Shown one piece after another: positions 46,571 to 57,523 of a DNA stretch of 64,000 bases; positions within the stretch are counted from its first letter, which is position 1, and each line of letters begins with the position of its first letter. The translations under genes were made by a program, and so were the position numbers. The stretch is from Myxococcota bacterium (GTDB taxonomy: Bacteria > Myxococcota_A > UBA9160 > UBA6930): the NCBI GenBank assembly GCA_965223705.1, contig OZ245015.1, positions 4,288,001-4,352,000 of the forward strand. Reading direction: 5' to 3'. Below the pieces are notes generated by a model, which had not been told where the DNA came from, made no database searches, and saw only the letters and a program-made list of their open reading frames with translations.

Positions 46571-49500
46571 CTAGCGCTCGTCTCGTGCGAATCGCTCGAG
46601 AACGAGCCCTTTGTAGTCGGCGCGAAAACCGGCCTGGACGAACGCCTCGGAAAATTCCGATTCCCTCGCGGTCTCGCCGTCGATCTGTTCGATGCGCACC
46701 GCTTTTCGGCTGCGATCGCGAAAGAGCTGTGTCAATGCGCGCGCGGCTTGGGTGACGCGACCGACGGGGTCGAGCGCATCGCTCGCGAAAACGGAGACGC
46801 GCGCGCCGCCACGCTCGAGAAACAGCAGCGCCTCGCCGTCGTGGATCACCACGCACGCGCCGCTCGCACGGCGGGGTTTTCCCGCGCCGGGCCGGACCTC
46901 CGGCCAGGCGAGTGCGGCGCCGAAAGGGTTCGCCGGGTCGCAAGCCGCGAGGAGGCGCGGCGGGCTCTCAGCGTCGGATTCGCGACTGCCGCGCAGTCGG
47001 TCCACCGTGCCCACGTGCGCGAACTGAGCACCGACGAGCTCGTCGACGAAATGGCCGCGCCGAATCTTTCCCGCTTCTTCCATCGATCGAAACAGCGGAT
47101 AGAACGCGGTGAAGCCGCCGGACTGTGCCTCGATCGCCAGCATGTCGCGGCTCGCGATGCCGTGGCGGGCGAGAAGCATTTGCGCCCGCCCGTGGAGCCG
47201 CTCCGTCGGCTCGGGGCGTTTGGCAAAAAGGGGTTCGACGCGCGACCACCGGCCGACGGCGAGGTTTTGCGTGGCAGAACGTCGCGCCCTGCCCCGACCT
47301 CCCCGCGGCGCGCGCAATGCGCGGAGCGGGGCGAAGGTGTCGTTCGTGACGAGCCCCCACCACACCAGGTCCCACAGCGCGTCGAGGGTTCGCGCGGAGT
47401 CCGCTTCCGTCGCGGCGTCGAGGTCGGCGAAGAAACTCGCGCCGTTCGTTCCCAGGTGCGCGAGCAAGGCATCGTGAACCGGCTCCCTCTCGTCCGGCAA
47501 CTCCGGGGGATCGGCGAGGAGCGTCAATCGTTCTCGGCGGTAGAGCGCGATGCGGCCGTCTCGCTCGCCCAACGCTCCGCGACCGACCCAGACCAAGCGA
47601 CCTTCCGCACCGAGCTCGTCGAGCATGCGAGGATCGAAATTCGATACCCGAGCGGGGAGGATCCGTGTTTCGAGATCGCCGAAAGAGACCGGGAGCCCCT
47701 CGAGCTGGTCGAGCGCCGCGTCCACCCGAGGTGCTTCGGCTCCGATTCCGTGCCATGACGGAAGGAAGCGCGCGTAGGTGCGCGATTCGACAGGTGCGAC
47801 CTCGCCGCGAAGTTTCGCCAAGGTGCGGCGTCGGATTCTCCGCAAGACGTCGGCGTCGCAGTATTCCTGGTCCAATCCAGAAGGATGAAACTCGCCGACG
47901 AGGAGTTTCTCTCGCGACGCGAGGTCCGCGAGGAGCGTCTTCGCCTGAGCGGAGACCCAGGCATACCGTTCGGCCAAGGCCTCGGGAACGAACGGCCCGC
48001 GGTAGCGCGCGAAGCGCTGCACGAGTTGATCGAGCGGCCGAACGGTCTCCTCGAGAAAAGCCTCGGGCAGTCCGCGCGGGGGAACGACGCCGAGCGCGTC
48101 GCGATAGAGCGCCGTGTCTTCAGCAGCGATCCAACGCGCCGCGCCGCCGATCTTCACGGGGACGGCTCGCCTCGAGGCCTGAAGCTCCGCCAGCCAACCG
48201 GAAGCGTCGGCGTCGCAGCGCGCGAAGATCTCCTCTTCGGACAGATCGCCCAAGCGCCGGAGCAAGTCGTGAAGTCCGTCGAGATGGGTCACCTGGTATC
48301 CCGGAGCCGTACCCTGCAGCTCCGCTTCGACGTCCGCGATGACGTCGGCGTCGAGCAGCTCCCGGAGCTCTTCTTGTCCGAGCAGCTCCCGGAGCATGTG
48401 ACGATCGAGGGTGAGCGCTTGCGCCCTTCGCTCGGCGACCGGCGTATCTCCCTGATACAGATACGTCGCGGTGTAGGCGAACACCAAGGAACGCGCGAAA
48501 GGCGATGCCGACGGGGTTTCGACCTCATCGATCCGCAACGTGCGTTCGCCGATCTCGCGCAACAAGCCCGTCAGACCCGGCAGATCGAAGGTGTCCTGCA
48601 AGCAGCTCCGATACGTCTCGAGAATAATCGGGAAGGCCGGGTATTCGCGGGCGACCGCGAGCAAGTTCTGCGCCCGCAGGCGCTGCGTCCAAAGCGGGGT
48701 CCGCGCGCCGGGGCGGGCTCTCGGAAGCAGCAGCGCGCGCGCCGCGTTCTCTCGAAATTGTCCCGCGAAAAGCGCCGAATGACCGAGCTGCTCCACCACC
48801 AGGTCTTCGATTTCGTCGGGGTCTGGCAGCAGCAACGCGACGTCGGGCAGAACGTCCGCGTCCGCGAACCGCATGACGATGCCGTCGTCACTCCAGAGCG
48901 TCTGACACTCGAACCCCGTCTCTCGGGAAAGCCGCGCCTCGATCGCGAGGGCCCACGGCGCGTGGATTCTCGAGCCGAACGGTGACAGGATGCACAGCCG
49001 CCAATCTCCGAGTTCGTCGCGAAATCGCTCGACCGTGACACGCCGATCGGTGGGAAGGGTGCCGGTGGCGTCGATTTGTTCCGTCAGGTACGAGACGAGG
49101 TTGCGCGCGGCGTAGCCGTCGAGGTGGTGGGCTTCGCGCAAGAATTCCTCGGTGGCGTCGCGCGCGGCGTCTTCTCCCGACCCGATCCGCTCCCCCATCT
49201 CGCGAACGAACGCGCCGAGAGAACGCCCCAAAGTCACGGGGCGACCGGGCCCGTCGCCGCGCCAAAAAGGCAGCTTTCCGACTTCGCCCGGCGCGGGCGC
49301 GACGATGACGCGATCTCGGGTGATCTCGACGATGCGCCAGGTCGACGCACCGAGGGTCACCGTCTCGCCGGCGCGAGACTCGTACACCATCTCCTCGTCG
49401 AGCTCCCCGATCCGCGGTCCGGAATCGACGGTATGGACGGCGTAGAGCCCCCGGTCGGGAATGGTTCCGCCGGACAAGAGCGCGAGCTTGGCGGCGCCCT

Positions 49501-51007
49501 TGCGACCTTCGAGTACGTCGCGATCGCGGTCCCACACGATCCGCGGCCGAAGCTCGCCAAAATCCGTCGACGGATAGCGACCCGCCAGCATGTCGAGCAC
49601 TCCGGACAACACCTCGCGCGTGAGCCCGGCGTAGTTCGCCGCGCGGCGGACGAGTTGCTCCAAGTCGTCGACGGTCCACGCCTCGGTCGCGCACATCGCG
49701 ACGATGTGTTGGCTCAAGACATCGAGCGGCGAGTTCGGAACCGAGAGCGGTTCGACTTCGCCCGCTTCCATTCCGGTCGTCACAACGACCGCTTCGAGAA
49801 GATCGCCTCGGTGTTTCGGAAAGATCCTGCCGCGACTGGTCTCACCCACGGCGTGACCCGCGCGGCCGATCCGCTGCAGGCCGCGCGCGACGTCGCCGGG
49901 CGATTCGACGAGGAGCACCCGATCCACGGCGCCCATATCGATTCCAAGTTCGAGAGAACTGGTGGCGACGATCGCTCGCAAGCTTCCTGTCTTCAGCGCC
50001 TCCTCGATTTCTTTGCGCTTTCCGTGCGCCAAGCTTCCGTGGTGAGCGCGCACGAGATCGCGCTCTGCCAGCTCGTTCAATTTTTGAGCGAGCCGCTCGC
50101 AAAGACCGCGGCTATTGACAAAGACGATTGTGCTTCCATGCGCTTCGATCTCCGCCAGGATCTCGGGGTAGAGCACCGGCCACAAACTGGGAACCGGCGG
50201 CTCGCTGTCCCGCGCATAGAGCTCTCGGAGAATGGGCCCGGACGGTGGGCCGTCCCTTTCTACTGGACGCGGCTGAAAATCTGCGGGCCGGGTCATGTCG
50301 GGCACCGGTACCGAGACCTCGAGCTCGAGCTTCGGCGGTCGCGTCGCGTCGACGACAGCGACGCTCCGATCACCACCGAGAAACCGCGCGACTTCGGCGG
50401 GCGGCTTCGCCGTCGCGGAAAGGCCGATCCGCTGGGGATCGACCGCCGCTTCGTTCGCCACCCGTTCGAGGGACAACATGAGATGCGCGCCGCGTTTCGT
50501 CGGAGCCAACGCGTGGATCTCGTCGACGATGATGGTTTCGACCGTTCGCAGGGTCTCGCGTTGTTGCGAGCCGAGGATCAGGTAGAGGGATTCCGGCGTC
50601 GTGACGAGAATCTCCGCCGGGTTCCGCGCTTGCTGCTGCCGTTCCCGCTGCGGCGTATCTCCCGTGCGAACCGCGACCCGAGGCGTGCGAAACGGTGTCC
50701 CTAGGCCTTCGGCCGCCCGTGAGACGCCGACGAGGGGTGCGCGGAGATTTCTCTCGACGTCGTAGACCAACGCCTTGAGAGGCGAGACGTACAAGACCCG
50801 AACCCCGGGCGAGAGGTCTTCCCTCGCCTGACCCAATCGATCGATGCAGTAGAAGAACGCCGCGAGCGTCTTGCCGCTACCGGTCGGCGCGAGCAGGAGT
50901 GCGTGGCCGCCGAGTGCGATGCGCTCCCACCCGGCCTGCTGGACGGGCGTCGGTCCTTCGAAGTTGTCGGCGAACCAACGACGCGCCGCTTCGCTCAGGA
51001 AATCCAT
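46571..51007 (-). CDS. lhr: Lhr ATP-dependent SF2 helicase (long form with C-terminal domain)
   Basis: APTGSGKT, DEIH, SAT, HHGSL, SSLELGID, QRIGRAGH, GTIPDRG, DPANPFG; 1478 aa. Confidence 0.96.
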   Translation of the reverse strand: MDFLSEAARRWFADNFEGPTPVQQAGWERIALGGHALLLAPTGSGKTLAAFFYCIDRLGQAREDLSPGVRVLYVSPLKALVYDVERNLRAPLVGVSRAAEGLGTPFRTPRVAVRTGDTPQRERQQQARNPAEILVTTPESLYLILGSQQRETLRTVETIIVDEIHALAPTKRGAHLMLSLERVANEAAVDPQRIGLSATAKPPAEVARFLGGDRSVAVVDATRPPKLELEVSVPVPDMTRPADFQPRPVERDGPPSGPILRELYARDSEPPVPSLWPVLYPEILAEIEAHGSTIVFVNSRGLCERLAQKLNELAERDLVRAHHGSLAHGKRKEIEEALKTGSLRAIVATSSLELGIDMGAVDRVLLVESPGDVARGLQRIGRAGHAVGETSRGRIFPKHRGDLLEAVVVTTGMEAGEVEPLSVPNSPLDVLSQHIVAMCATEAWTVDDLEQLVRRAANYAGLTREVLSGVLDMLAGRYPSTDFGELRPRIVWDRDRDVLEGRKGAAKLALLSGGTIPDRGLYAVHTVDSGPRIGELDEEMVYESRAGETVTLGASTWRIVEITRDRVIVAPAPGEVGKLPFWRGDGPGRPVTLGRSLGAFVREMGERIGSGEDAARDATEEFLREAHHLDGYAARNLVSYLTEQIDATGTLPTDRRVTVERFRDELGDWRLCILSPFGSRIHAPWALAIEARLSRETGFECQTLWSDDGIVMRFADADVLPDVALLLPDPDEIEDLVVEQLGHSALFAGQFRENAARALLLPRARPGARTPLWTQRLRAQNLLAVAREYPAFPIILETYRSCLQDTFDLPGLTGLLREIGERTLRIDEVETPSASPFARSLVFAYTATYLYQGDTPVAERRAQALTLDRHMLRELLGQEELRELLDADVIADVEAELQGTAPGYQVTHLDGLHDLLRRLGDLSEEEIFARCDADASGWLAELQASRRAVPVKIGGAARWIAAEDTALYRDALGVVPPRGLPEAFLEETVRPLDQLVQRFARYRGPFVPEALAERYAWVSAQAKTLLADLASREKLLVGEFHPSGLDQEYCDADVLRRIRRRTLAKLRGEVAPVESRTYARFLPSWHGIGAEAPRVDAALDQLEGLPVSFGDLETRILPARVSNFDPRMLDELGAEGRLVWVGRGALGERDGRIALYRRERLTLLADPPELPDEREPVHDALLAHLGTNGASFFADLDAATEADSARTLDALWDLVWWGLVTNDTFAPLRALRAPRGGRGRARRSATQNLAVGRWSRVEPLFAKRPEPTERLHGRAQMLLARHGIASRDMLAIEAQSGGFTAFYPLFRSMEEAGKIRRGHFVDELVGAQFAHVGTVDRLRGSRESDAESPPRLLAACDPANPFGAALAWPEVRPGAGKPRRASGACVVIHDGEALLFLERGGARVSVFASDALDPVGRVTQAARALTQLFRDRSRKAVRIEQIDGETARESEFSEAFVQAGFRADYKGLVLERFARDER

Positions 51008-51026
51008 GGTCGGGGGGCGCCGTCAC

Positions 51027-51788
51027 TCACCACGTTGCGTCGGGCTCGGCTCGCGCGAGCACCTGCATCTCGGCGAGGAGGTGCCCCAAGTGCTCGGTGT
51101 GCCGGCCGGATCGGCCGTCGACGGCGACACTGTTTCCGCTCTCGGGGAGCTCGAGTGTCGCTTCCCGACATGTTCGCTCGACTTCGTCGCGCCAGGGCTC
51201 GGCGAGCGCGCGCACGTCGGGCCACCATCCCGCGCGAGCTGCCGCTTCGCCGATCGGATCCGCCGCAAAGAGCTCGCCGGTAAAGCGCCACAACCCGTCC
51301 AGTGCGGTTTGCGTGCGGCGATGACTCTCCTCGGTGCCGTCACCCAGCCGCAGCAACCACGAGCGGCTATGTCGCTCATGGAACGCCGCCTCTTTCGATG
51401 CTCCGCGTGCGAAGTCGGCGAGTTCTCCGTCGTCGCTTTCGGTCAGGTTGGAGAGCCAGAGTCGGTCGTAGACATCGAACAGATATTGACGAGCGATGGT
51501 GGCGGCGAAATCCCGGTTCGGTTGTTCGACGAGGACCGCGTTCCGGAAGGCCTCGGCGTCTCGCAAGAAGGCCAGCGCATCGGGGTTTCGACCCTCATCG
51601 TCGAACTTCGATGCGCGCTCGTAGAGCGCCTGGGCTTGGCCCAACAAATCGAGGGCGATATTCGCGAGCGCGAGTTCCTCTTCGAGGATCGGCGCGTGGC
51701 CGCACCACTCCGATAGGCGGTGGCCGAGAATCAGTCGATCGTCGGCCATACGCACGACACACTCAAAGCGAAGTTCCCGCTCTTTCAC
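51027..51788 (-). CDS. paaC: Phenylacetyl-CoA epoxidase subunit C
   Basis: DDRLILGHRLSEWCGHAPILEEELALANIALDLLGQA, GRHTEHLGHLLAEMQ. Confidence 0.95.
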   Translation of the reverse strand: MKERELRFECVVRMADDRLILGHRLSEWCGHAPILEEELALANIALDLLGQAQALYERASKFDDEGRNPDALAFLRDAEAFRNAVLVEQPNRDFAATIARQYLFDVYDRLWLSNLTESDDGELADFARGASKEAAFHERHSRSWLLRLGDGTEESHRRTQTALDGLWRFTGELFAADPIGEAAARAGWWPDVRALAEPWRDEVERTCREATLELPESGNSVAVDGRSGRHTEHLGHLLAEMQVLARAEPDATW

Positions 51789-52097
51789 CTACGCACCCTT
51801 CAGCGCGCGCGGCACCGCGTAGAACCGCGGATGGCGATAGAGCTTGTCGTCCGCAGGGTCGAAGAACGAGGGCGCGTCTTTCGGTTGGCTCGCGGTGATC
51901 GACTCGAACGGAACCACCCACAAGCTCAGCGGATGCCCGCGACGGGCGTACACGTCGCGGGCGTTCTGGAGTGCGAGCTCGGAGTCGGGGGCGTGCACGC
52001 TCCCCACGTGGACGTGCGGCCCGCCCTCTTTTTCTTGGGCAAAGACTTCCCAAAGCGGGCCCTCGGAGAACGTCTTGTCAGTGTTGGGGGTCGCCAC
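51789..52097 (-). CDS. paaB: Phenylacetyl-CoA epoxidase subunit B
   Basis: WEVF…HVGSVHAPD.ELALQNARDVYARR, DKLYRHP. Confidence 0.95.
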   Translation of the reverse strand: MATPNTDKTFSEGPLWEVFAQEKEGGPHVHVGSVHAPDSELALQNARDVYARRGHPLSLWVVPFESITASQPKDAPSFFDPADDKLYRHPRFYAVPRALKGA

Positions 52098-52100
52098 GAT

Positions 52101-53057
52101 TTAGGCCGACAACCGGTCGGATTGACGCTTCGCCTCGTAGGCGGCTGCGGCCTCCCGCACCCACGCGCCTCCTTCGTGGGCGCGACGCCTCGCTTCGAGG
52201 CGATCGTGATTGCACGGCCCTTCCCCGCGCAGGATCGCGGCGAACTCGTCCCAATTGATGGCGCCGGTTTTCCAGTGACCGGTATCGGGATCTCGCGCTA
52301 GTTCCGGGTCGGGAATCACCAGACCCATCGCCTCCGCCTGGGGAACGGCGAGATCAACGAACCACTGCCGTAGCTCGTCGTTGCCTTTGATCTTCACTTT
52401 CCAGTCGAGAAGCACGTCGTTGTGAGCAGACGCGTCGTCGGGAGGGCCGAACATCATCAGTGTCGGCCACCACCAGCGGTCGAGTGCGTCTTGCGCCATC
52501 GCCTTTTGTTTCGGCGTGCCCTTTGCGAGATTCGACATGATCTCGATGCCCTGGCGCTTGTGAAAGTTCTCTTCCTTGCAGATGCGCACCATGGCGCGCG
52601 CGTAGGGTCCGTACGAACACTTGGTCAACATCGTCTGGTTGACGATGGCGGCCTGGTCGACGAGCCAACCGATCGCGCCGACGTCGCCCCAAGTCAACGT
52701 CGGATAGTTGAAAATGCTCGAGTAGCGAGCTCGTCCACGGAGCAGTTGATCGATGAGATCCGAGCGATCCACTCCGAGCGTTTCCGCTGCGCTGTACAAG
52801 TACTGCCCGTGGCCCGCTTCATCTTGGACCTTGGCGAGGAGGGAGATCTTGCGGCGCAGACTCGGCGCCCGGGTGATCCAGTTGCCCTCGGGCAGCATGC
52901 CCACGACTTCGGAATGCGCATGCTGGGACATCATGCGAATGAGCTGTTTCCGGTAGCGATCGGGCATCCAATCCTTCGGCTCGATGCGCTCGCCCCGTGC
53001 GATCCTCTCCTCAAAGGCCGCAGAACGGTGGTCTTCAGTGTTGGCTTCCGGCGACAT
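52101..53057 (-). CDS. paaA: Phenylacetyl-CoA epoxidase subunit A (di-iron catalytic)
   Basis: [44 protein letters not shown]. Confidence 0.96.
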   Translation of the reverse strand: MSPEANTEDHRSAAFEERIARGERIEPKDWMPDRYRKQLIRMMSQHAHSEVVGMLPEGNWITRAPSLRRKISLLAKVQDEAGHGQYLYSAAETLGVDRSDLIDQLLRGRARYSSIFNYPTLTWGDVGAIGWLVDQAAIVNQTMLTKCSYGPYARAMVRICKEENFHKRQGIEIMSNLAKGTPKQKAMAQDALDRWWWPTLMMFGPPDDASAHNDVLLDWKVKIKGNDELRQWFVDLAVPQAEAMGLVIPDPELARDPDTGHWKTGAINWDEFAAILRGEGPCNHDRLEARRRAHEGGAWVREAAAAYEAKRQSDRLSA

Positions 53058-53153
53058 GGAACCCTCCGGCTGGATAATGAATCCCGTAATAATACCGGCC
53101 GTCTAGGGATGGTTGTAGGATGGCCCCTCGGGAAACGCATCGGGCGGGAATTT

Positions 53154-54587
53154 TTGAACGAACGGGAACGCAATCAGATTCTCTGGGTACGAGCCGTGGA
53201 GGAAGCGGACGAGGGCGGTGCACTGTTGTCCCCCGCGGCCCGGGACCGCGCCTCCCGTCGTGCGCGCCCGCTGGCTCCGCCGGATGAGGCGTCGCCGGAA
53301 GCGTTTCTCGTAGCGCGGGCGGAGCTCCTCGACCGGCAAGTTGCCACGGCGGAACCGGGGCTCGAAGGCGCTCTCGAAGCGACCCAGGTGCCCTCACCGT
53401 GGCTCTTCGTCTTGCTCGGGCTTTTCTCCGGATTGGCGCTGGAGGTGATCGGCGGCGATCCCCGGATCAATTTGCTCGCCTTGCCGCTCCTCGGTGTGCT
53501 GGCCTGGAACGCCCTGCTTTTTGTCGTGGAATTCGTGCGGCTCGCCTCCGGACGCCCCATTCGATTCCCGCGCTGGCTGCGCGGCTTTCTCTCGCGCGTT
53601 CGCTTGCGCCGGGCGGGCTGGATCAAAGAAGGCGAAGCCGCCCTGCGCGCGGCGGTGGTGGCGCGCTTCGGGATGCTGTGGGTGAGCCACGGCGCCGAGC
53701 CCGCAGCGCTTCGACTGCGCGCGGGGCTCCATCTCGCGGGCTTGGGTTTCGCAGCGGGAATCGTTGCAGGGCTCTATACCGCGGGCTTTGCTCTCGCATA
53801 CCGCGCGACGTGGGAGAGCACGTTCCTCGACGCGGAGGGCGCACTGCGTTTTCTACGGGTACTGCTCGCCCCAGGGGTGAACGTCCTCGGGTTCGCGTTC
53901 CCGACGGTGACGGAATTCGCGGCGCTCGAAGCACCCGGTAGCGGCCCCGCAGCGAACTGGATCCATCTTTGGGCCGTGAGCCTCGCCGTTTGGATCGGTG
54001 CGCCTCGCGCGCTCTTCGCCGGCGTGCACGCGCTTCGGGCGCGTCGCGATAGCACCCAGGCCACGCTCGACCTCGACGATCCCTACTACCACCGCCTTCT
54101 CGCGTGGCGCGAAGCGGGCGGCCGAGGGGCCACGGTGATTCCCTACAGTACGCAGCTCGCCGCCGGCGCCGCGGCATCTCTGCGCGAGCTTTTGTTCGAG
54201 CTGCTCGGAAACCGCACCCAGGTGCGTCTCGCCGATCCTGTCCCCTACAGCGGAGCGCTTCCAGAACTCGGCAACTCTCTGGAAGACGTGGTCGTCCTCG
54301 TATTCAACCTCGCCCAATCGCCCGAGCAGGAAGTACACGGCCGCATTATCGAAGAGCTTCAAGAAAAGCTGCGCGGCCGCGGACGCTTGCTCGTTCTCCT
54401 CGACGAAGAATCCTACGCGGCGAAGGCCGATGAAGGACGGCTCCTCGAACGCCGCCGCAGCTGGCAACGTGTCGCTCGGGAATCGGGGATCGTCGCGGTA
54501 CCGTTCGCCGGAGAAACGCGGCTCGCGCGGACGACCCTCGACGCGGCCAGTCGAGAACTCGGCGTATCCCGAGGCAATGCGGCATGA
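53154..54587 (+). CDS. DUF2868-type membrane protein
   Basis: TM helices, YRATWESTFL, SPEQEVHG; ATGA overlap with the downstream GTPase. The upstream part of the listed ORF is antisense to paaA. Confidence 0.78.
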   Translation: MNERERNQILWVRAVEEADEGGALLSPAARDRASRRARPLAPPDEASPEAFLVARAELLDRQVATAEPGLEGALEATQVPSPWLFVLLGLFSGLALEVIGGDPRINLLALPLLGVLAWNALLFVVEFVRLASGRPIRFPRWLRGFLSRVRLRRAGWIKEGEAALRAAVVARFGMLWVSHGAEPAALRLRAGLHLAGLGFAAGIVAGLYTAGFALAYRATWESTFLDAEGALRFLRVLLAPGVNVLGFAFPTVTEFAALEAPGSGPAANWIHLWAVSLAVWIGAPRALFAGVHALRARRDSTQATLDLDDPYYHRLLAWREAGGRGATVIPYSTQLAAGAAASLRELLFELLGNRTQVRLADPVPYSGALPELGNSLEDVVVLVFNLAQSPEQEVHGRIIEELQEKLRGRGRLLVLLDEESYAAKADEGRLLERRRSWQRVARESGIVAVPFAGETRLARTTLDAASRELGVSRGNAA

Positions 54588-56005
54588 AGAGCGACCGAGA
54601 CGTCCTTTCGCTCTCCCTGATTTCGCATACGAACGTGGGCAAGACGTCGCTCGCGCGAACACTGCTGCGACGAGACGTCGGCGAGATCCTCGATCAGGCT
54701 CACGTCACGCGCGAGGACGAACGGTTCGTGATGCTCGAAGGAGATGACGAGCACCGCATCGTGTTGTGGGACACGCCGGGGTTCGGCGACTCCGGGCGAT
54801 TGTTCGCCGAATTAGAGCGGCACGAGCGACCTCTCGAGTGGTTGTCGTCCCAGTCCTTCGATCCCGAAACCGAAGCGCCGCTTTCCTCGAGCCGCGCTGC
54901 CGTTCAGAACGTGATGCGCGAAGCAGACGTGATCCTGTATCTCGTGAACGCCTCGGAGGATCCGGCGATGGCGGGATACGTCGAGCCGGAAATGCGCATT
55001 CTCGGATGGATCGGGAAACCGGTCATCGTCCTTCTCAACCAGACCGGAAGCCCGACAGACGCGGACGAACGACGCCGGGACGAAGAACGGTGGCGCTGGC
55101 ATCTCGCGTCTTTCGCGTCGGTTCACGAAGTGATGAGCCTCGACGCGTTCTCCCGCTGCTGGGTTCAGGAGGGTCTCCTCCTGCTCCGGCTCGAAGCACT
55201 CGTCGAAGAGCGCCATCGCAAGCACATGACCCAACTCCTCGAGCGTTGGCGACGCGACAACTTGGCGATCCTGTCGGAAGCCGCAGGCGAATTCGCGAAC
55301 GCCCTGTGGGCATCCGCGTGCGACCGCGAGACCGTCGGCGAAGCCGTCCTCTCTCGCGTCGCCCGCAAGCGGGCGGCGGAAGAGCTCGCCCGACGCCTCG
55401 ACGCGAGAACCCGCGCCTCACTCGATCGATTGATCGCGTTGTACGGACTCGAAGGCGAAGCCGCGACGTGGGCGCGCGGGGCCTTCGCCGATGTCAAAGT
55501 GCCCGGCGACAAGCCCGACCCGCGAAAGATTTCGGTGCTGGGCGGCATGGCTGGGGGAGCACTCGGCGGACTCATCGCCGACATCGCTCACGGTGGACTC
55601 ACGTTCGGCGGGGGAACCGTCGCGGGCGCGATTCTCGGTGGCCTCGGCCTCGGCGGATTGGCCTGGGCCTACGAACAGCTCACGGGACAGTCCGGGGAGC
55701 CGGTGGTTGCGTGGTCGCCCGCGTTTATCGAACGACTCGTACGCGACGGGCTGCTGCGCTACCTCGCGGTGGCCCACTTCGGGCGCGGTGCCGGGGCCTT
55801 CCGCGATCGAGTCACCCCGGCGGCTTGGGCGCCGCGGGTCGAGCAACTGCTCGAGCGCAATGGGCGCGCCTTCGCAAAATTGGTCAAAAACGCGAAGCCC
55901 GAAGCGCGCGGAGAAACACCGAGCGCGCTGGTTGCGCAATATGAGCAGTCTTTAAAAGGCCTGCTCGCGGATCTCTACCCTGGGTCGGAACGACTGCTTC
56001 GCTAG
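54584..56005 (+). CDS. P-loop GTPase with DUF3482-type C-terminal domain
   Basis: [27 protein letters not shown]; Gly-rich hydrophobic hairpin GGALGG…GGLTFGGG. Confidence 0.85.
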   Translation: MKSDRDVLSLSLISHTNVGKTSLARTLLRRDVGEILDQAHVTREDERFVMLEGDDEHRIVLWDTPGFGDSGRLFAELERHERPLEWLSSQSFDPETEAPLSSSRAAVQNVMREADVILYLVNASEDPAMAGYVEPEMRILGWIGKPVIVLLNQTGSPTDADERRRDEERWRWHLASFASVHEVMSLDAFSRCWVQEGLLLLRLEALVEERHRKHMTQLLERWRRDNLAILSEAAGEFANALWASACDRETVGEAVLSRVARKRAAEELARRLDARTRASLDRLIALYGLEGEAATWARGAFADVKVPGDKPDPRKISVLGGMAGGALGGLIADIAHGGLTFGGGTVAGAILGGLGLGGLAWAYEQLTGQSGEPVVAWSPAFIERLVRDGLLRYLAVAHFGRGAGAFRDRVTPAAWAPRVEQLLERNGRAFAKLVKNAKPEARGETPSALVAQYEQSLKGLLADLYPGSERLLR

Positions 56006-56643
56006 GCGTCGTCCGGGAACGGGACGCCCGTACCACCGATCCCGCAATAGCCCATGGGGTTCTTGTCGAGATATTGCTGGTGGTAGTCCTCAGCGTAGTA
56101 GAACGGACCGGCGGGCTCGATTTCGGTCGTGATCGACGGGCCGCCCGCTTGGGAGATCGCTTTTTGGTACATCTCGCGCGTCTCGAGAGCCGCTTCGCGT
56201 TGCGCGTCGTTCAAGGTGTAGATCGCGGAGCGGTACTGAGTTCCGACGTCGTTTCCCTGACGCATTCCCTGGGTCGGATCGTGCGCCTCCCAGAACACCT
56301 TGAGTAGCGCCCGGTAGCTCACGATCGCGGGATCGAAGACCACCAGCACGACTTCGTTGTGCCCAGTGAGCCCGCTACAGACTTCTTCATACGTCGCGTT
56401 CGGCGTGTGGCCGCCCGCATAGCCGACTGCGGTGCTGTAGACGCCGGGCACCTGCCAGAATTTGCGTTCGACGCCCCAAAAGCAGCCGGCTCCGAAAATC
56501 GCCTGTTCGAGACCCTCGGGAAACGGCCCTTTGAGCGGGTGCCCCGAAACCGTGTGCTGGGGCGGAACGGGCATCGCTGTATCGCGTCCCGGTAGGGCCT
56601 CATCCGGAGCGGGAACCTCGAGCTTTTTCTGAAAGAGCGCCAT
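56002..56643 (-). CDS. msrA: Peptide methionine (S)-sulfoxide reductase
   Basis: [45 protein letters not shown]. Confidence 0.97.
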   Translation of the reverse strand: MALFQKKLEVPAPDEALPGRDTAMPVPPQHTVSGHPLKGPFPEGLEQAIFGAGCFWGVERKFWQVPGVYSTAVGYAGGHTPNATYEEVCSGLTGHNEVVLVVFDPAIVSYRALLKVFWEAHDPTQGMRQGNDVGTQYRSAIYTLNDAQREAALETREMYQKAISQAGGPSITTEIEPAGPFYYAEDYHQQYLDKNPMGYCGIGGTGVPFPDDA

Positions 56644-56686
56644 CGCGTACCTCCGCGAGACAGTGTACCGGTGTCTGGCCCGGGTT

Positions 56687-57517
56687 TCAGGCGGGGGCCG
56701 GAAGGCCTTCGAGGAACTCGCGCAGGATGCCCCCCACTTCGTCGCGGTGGCTTCGCAGAGGGAAGTGCCCCGCACCCTCAACGACGTGCAGGACGGCGCC
56801 GGGAATAACCGACGCGACCTGGCGGGACATCGCTTCTGTGGGGAAGTGGTCCTCCGCGCCGGAAACGATGAGTGCCGGGCAGCGGATCTTTGCGCAGTCG
56901 TCCACCCAATCGGACCGGGAGTACGTCTCGTCGAGGACCGCGAGAAGCGTCTCGACCGTGTGATCTCGCAGGCCGTGAATCGCGCGCGCGAGCCGATCCG
57001 AGTCGGCGGCGAGTCGATCGGCCACTTGGTCGTTCATTCGGAGACGCACGTTTTCGATGTAGAACGCCCCGAACTCGCCCGCTTCCACGAGCGGGCGGTG
57101 CGCTTTCCACCACGCGACGTCTTCCGGCGTGGGCCCGAACGGCGGGCCGCTGATCGAAATCAGCGCGCGCACGCGCTCCGGGTAGTGGGAGGCGACATAG
57201 AGCGAGAGCGCACCCCCCATCGACGGACCGCCGAAAATCGCGCGCTCGATCCCCAAGGTGTCGATCCACGCCATGAGGTCCCGCGCTTTGCAGGCATACG
57301 TATTTTCTTCGCGCTTCGGCGACTTTTCGGAAAGCCCGTGACCCCGCGCGTCGGGATGGAGCACGCGGTAGGTCGCCCACAAAGGCTCGAGGTCGGCCAC
57401 GACGTTCCGCGATTCTTCGACCGACCCCGGGTGGATCCACACCACCGCGGGCCCGGTCGGATTACCGCGGGCGAGCCAGTGGACGCGCGCGCCGTGATGG
57501 AGGATGCACTCGGGCAT
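56687..57517 (-). CDS. Alpha/beta fold hydrolase
   Basis: [14 protein letters not shown] nucleophile elbow, GAED, GAGHF. Confidence 0.9.
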   Translation of the reverse strand: MPECILHHGARVHWLARGNPTGPAVVWIHPGSVEESRNVVADLEPLWATYRVLHPDARGHGLSEKSPKREENTYACKARDLMAWIDTLGIERAIFGGPSMGGALSLYVASHYPERVRALISISGPPFGPTPEDVAWWKAHRPLVEAGEFGAFYIENVRLRMNDQVADRLAADSDRLARAIHGLRDHTVETLLAVLDETYSRSDWVDDCAKIRCPALIVSGAEDHFPTEAMSRQVASVIPGAVLHVVEGAGHFPLRSHRDEVGGILREFLEGLPAPA

Positions 57518-57523
57518 GGGGCG

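Noticed and set aside
11422..50704. Long antisense ORFs (e.g. 11422-12939, 23969-25462, 44393-45871, 49076-50704)
   Set aside because: They lie opposite well-supported genes, lack motifs, and are expected in high-GC DNA
52422..53153. N-terminal 244 aa of the listed 721-aa plus-strand ORF
   Set aside because: It is the antisense shadow of paaA; the plausible start is TTG 53154
46571..56005. Lhr helicase or the DUF2868/GTPase pair as an anti-phage defence system
   Set aside because: Lhr-Nei is a known repair pairing and there is no defence-island context in the window
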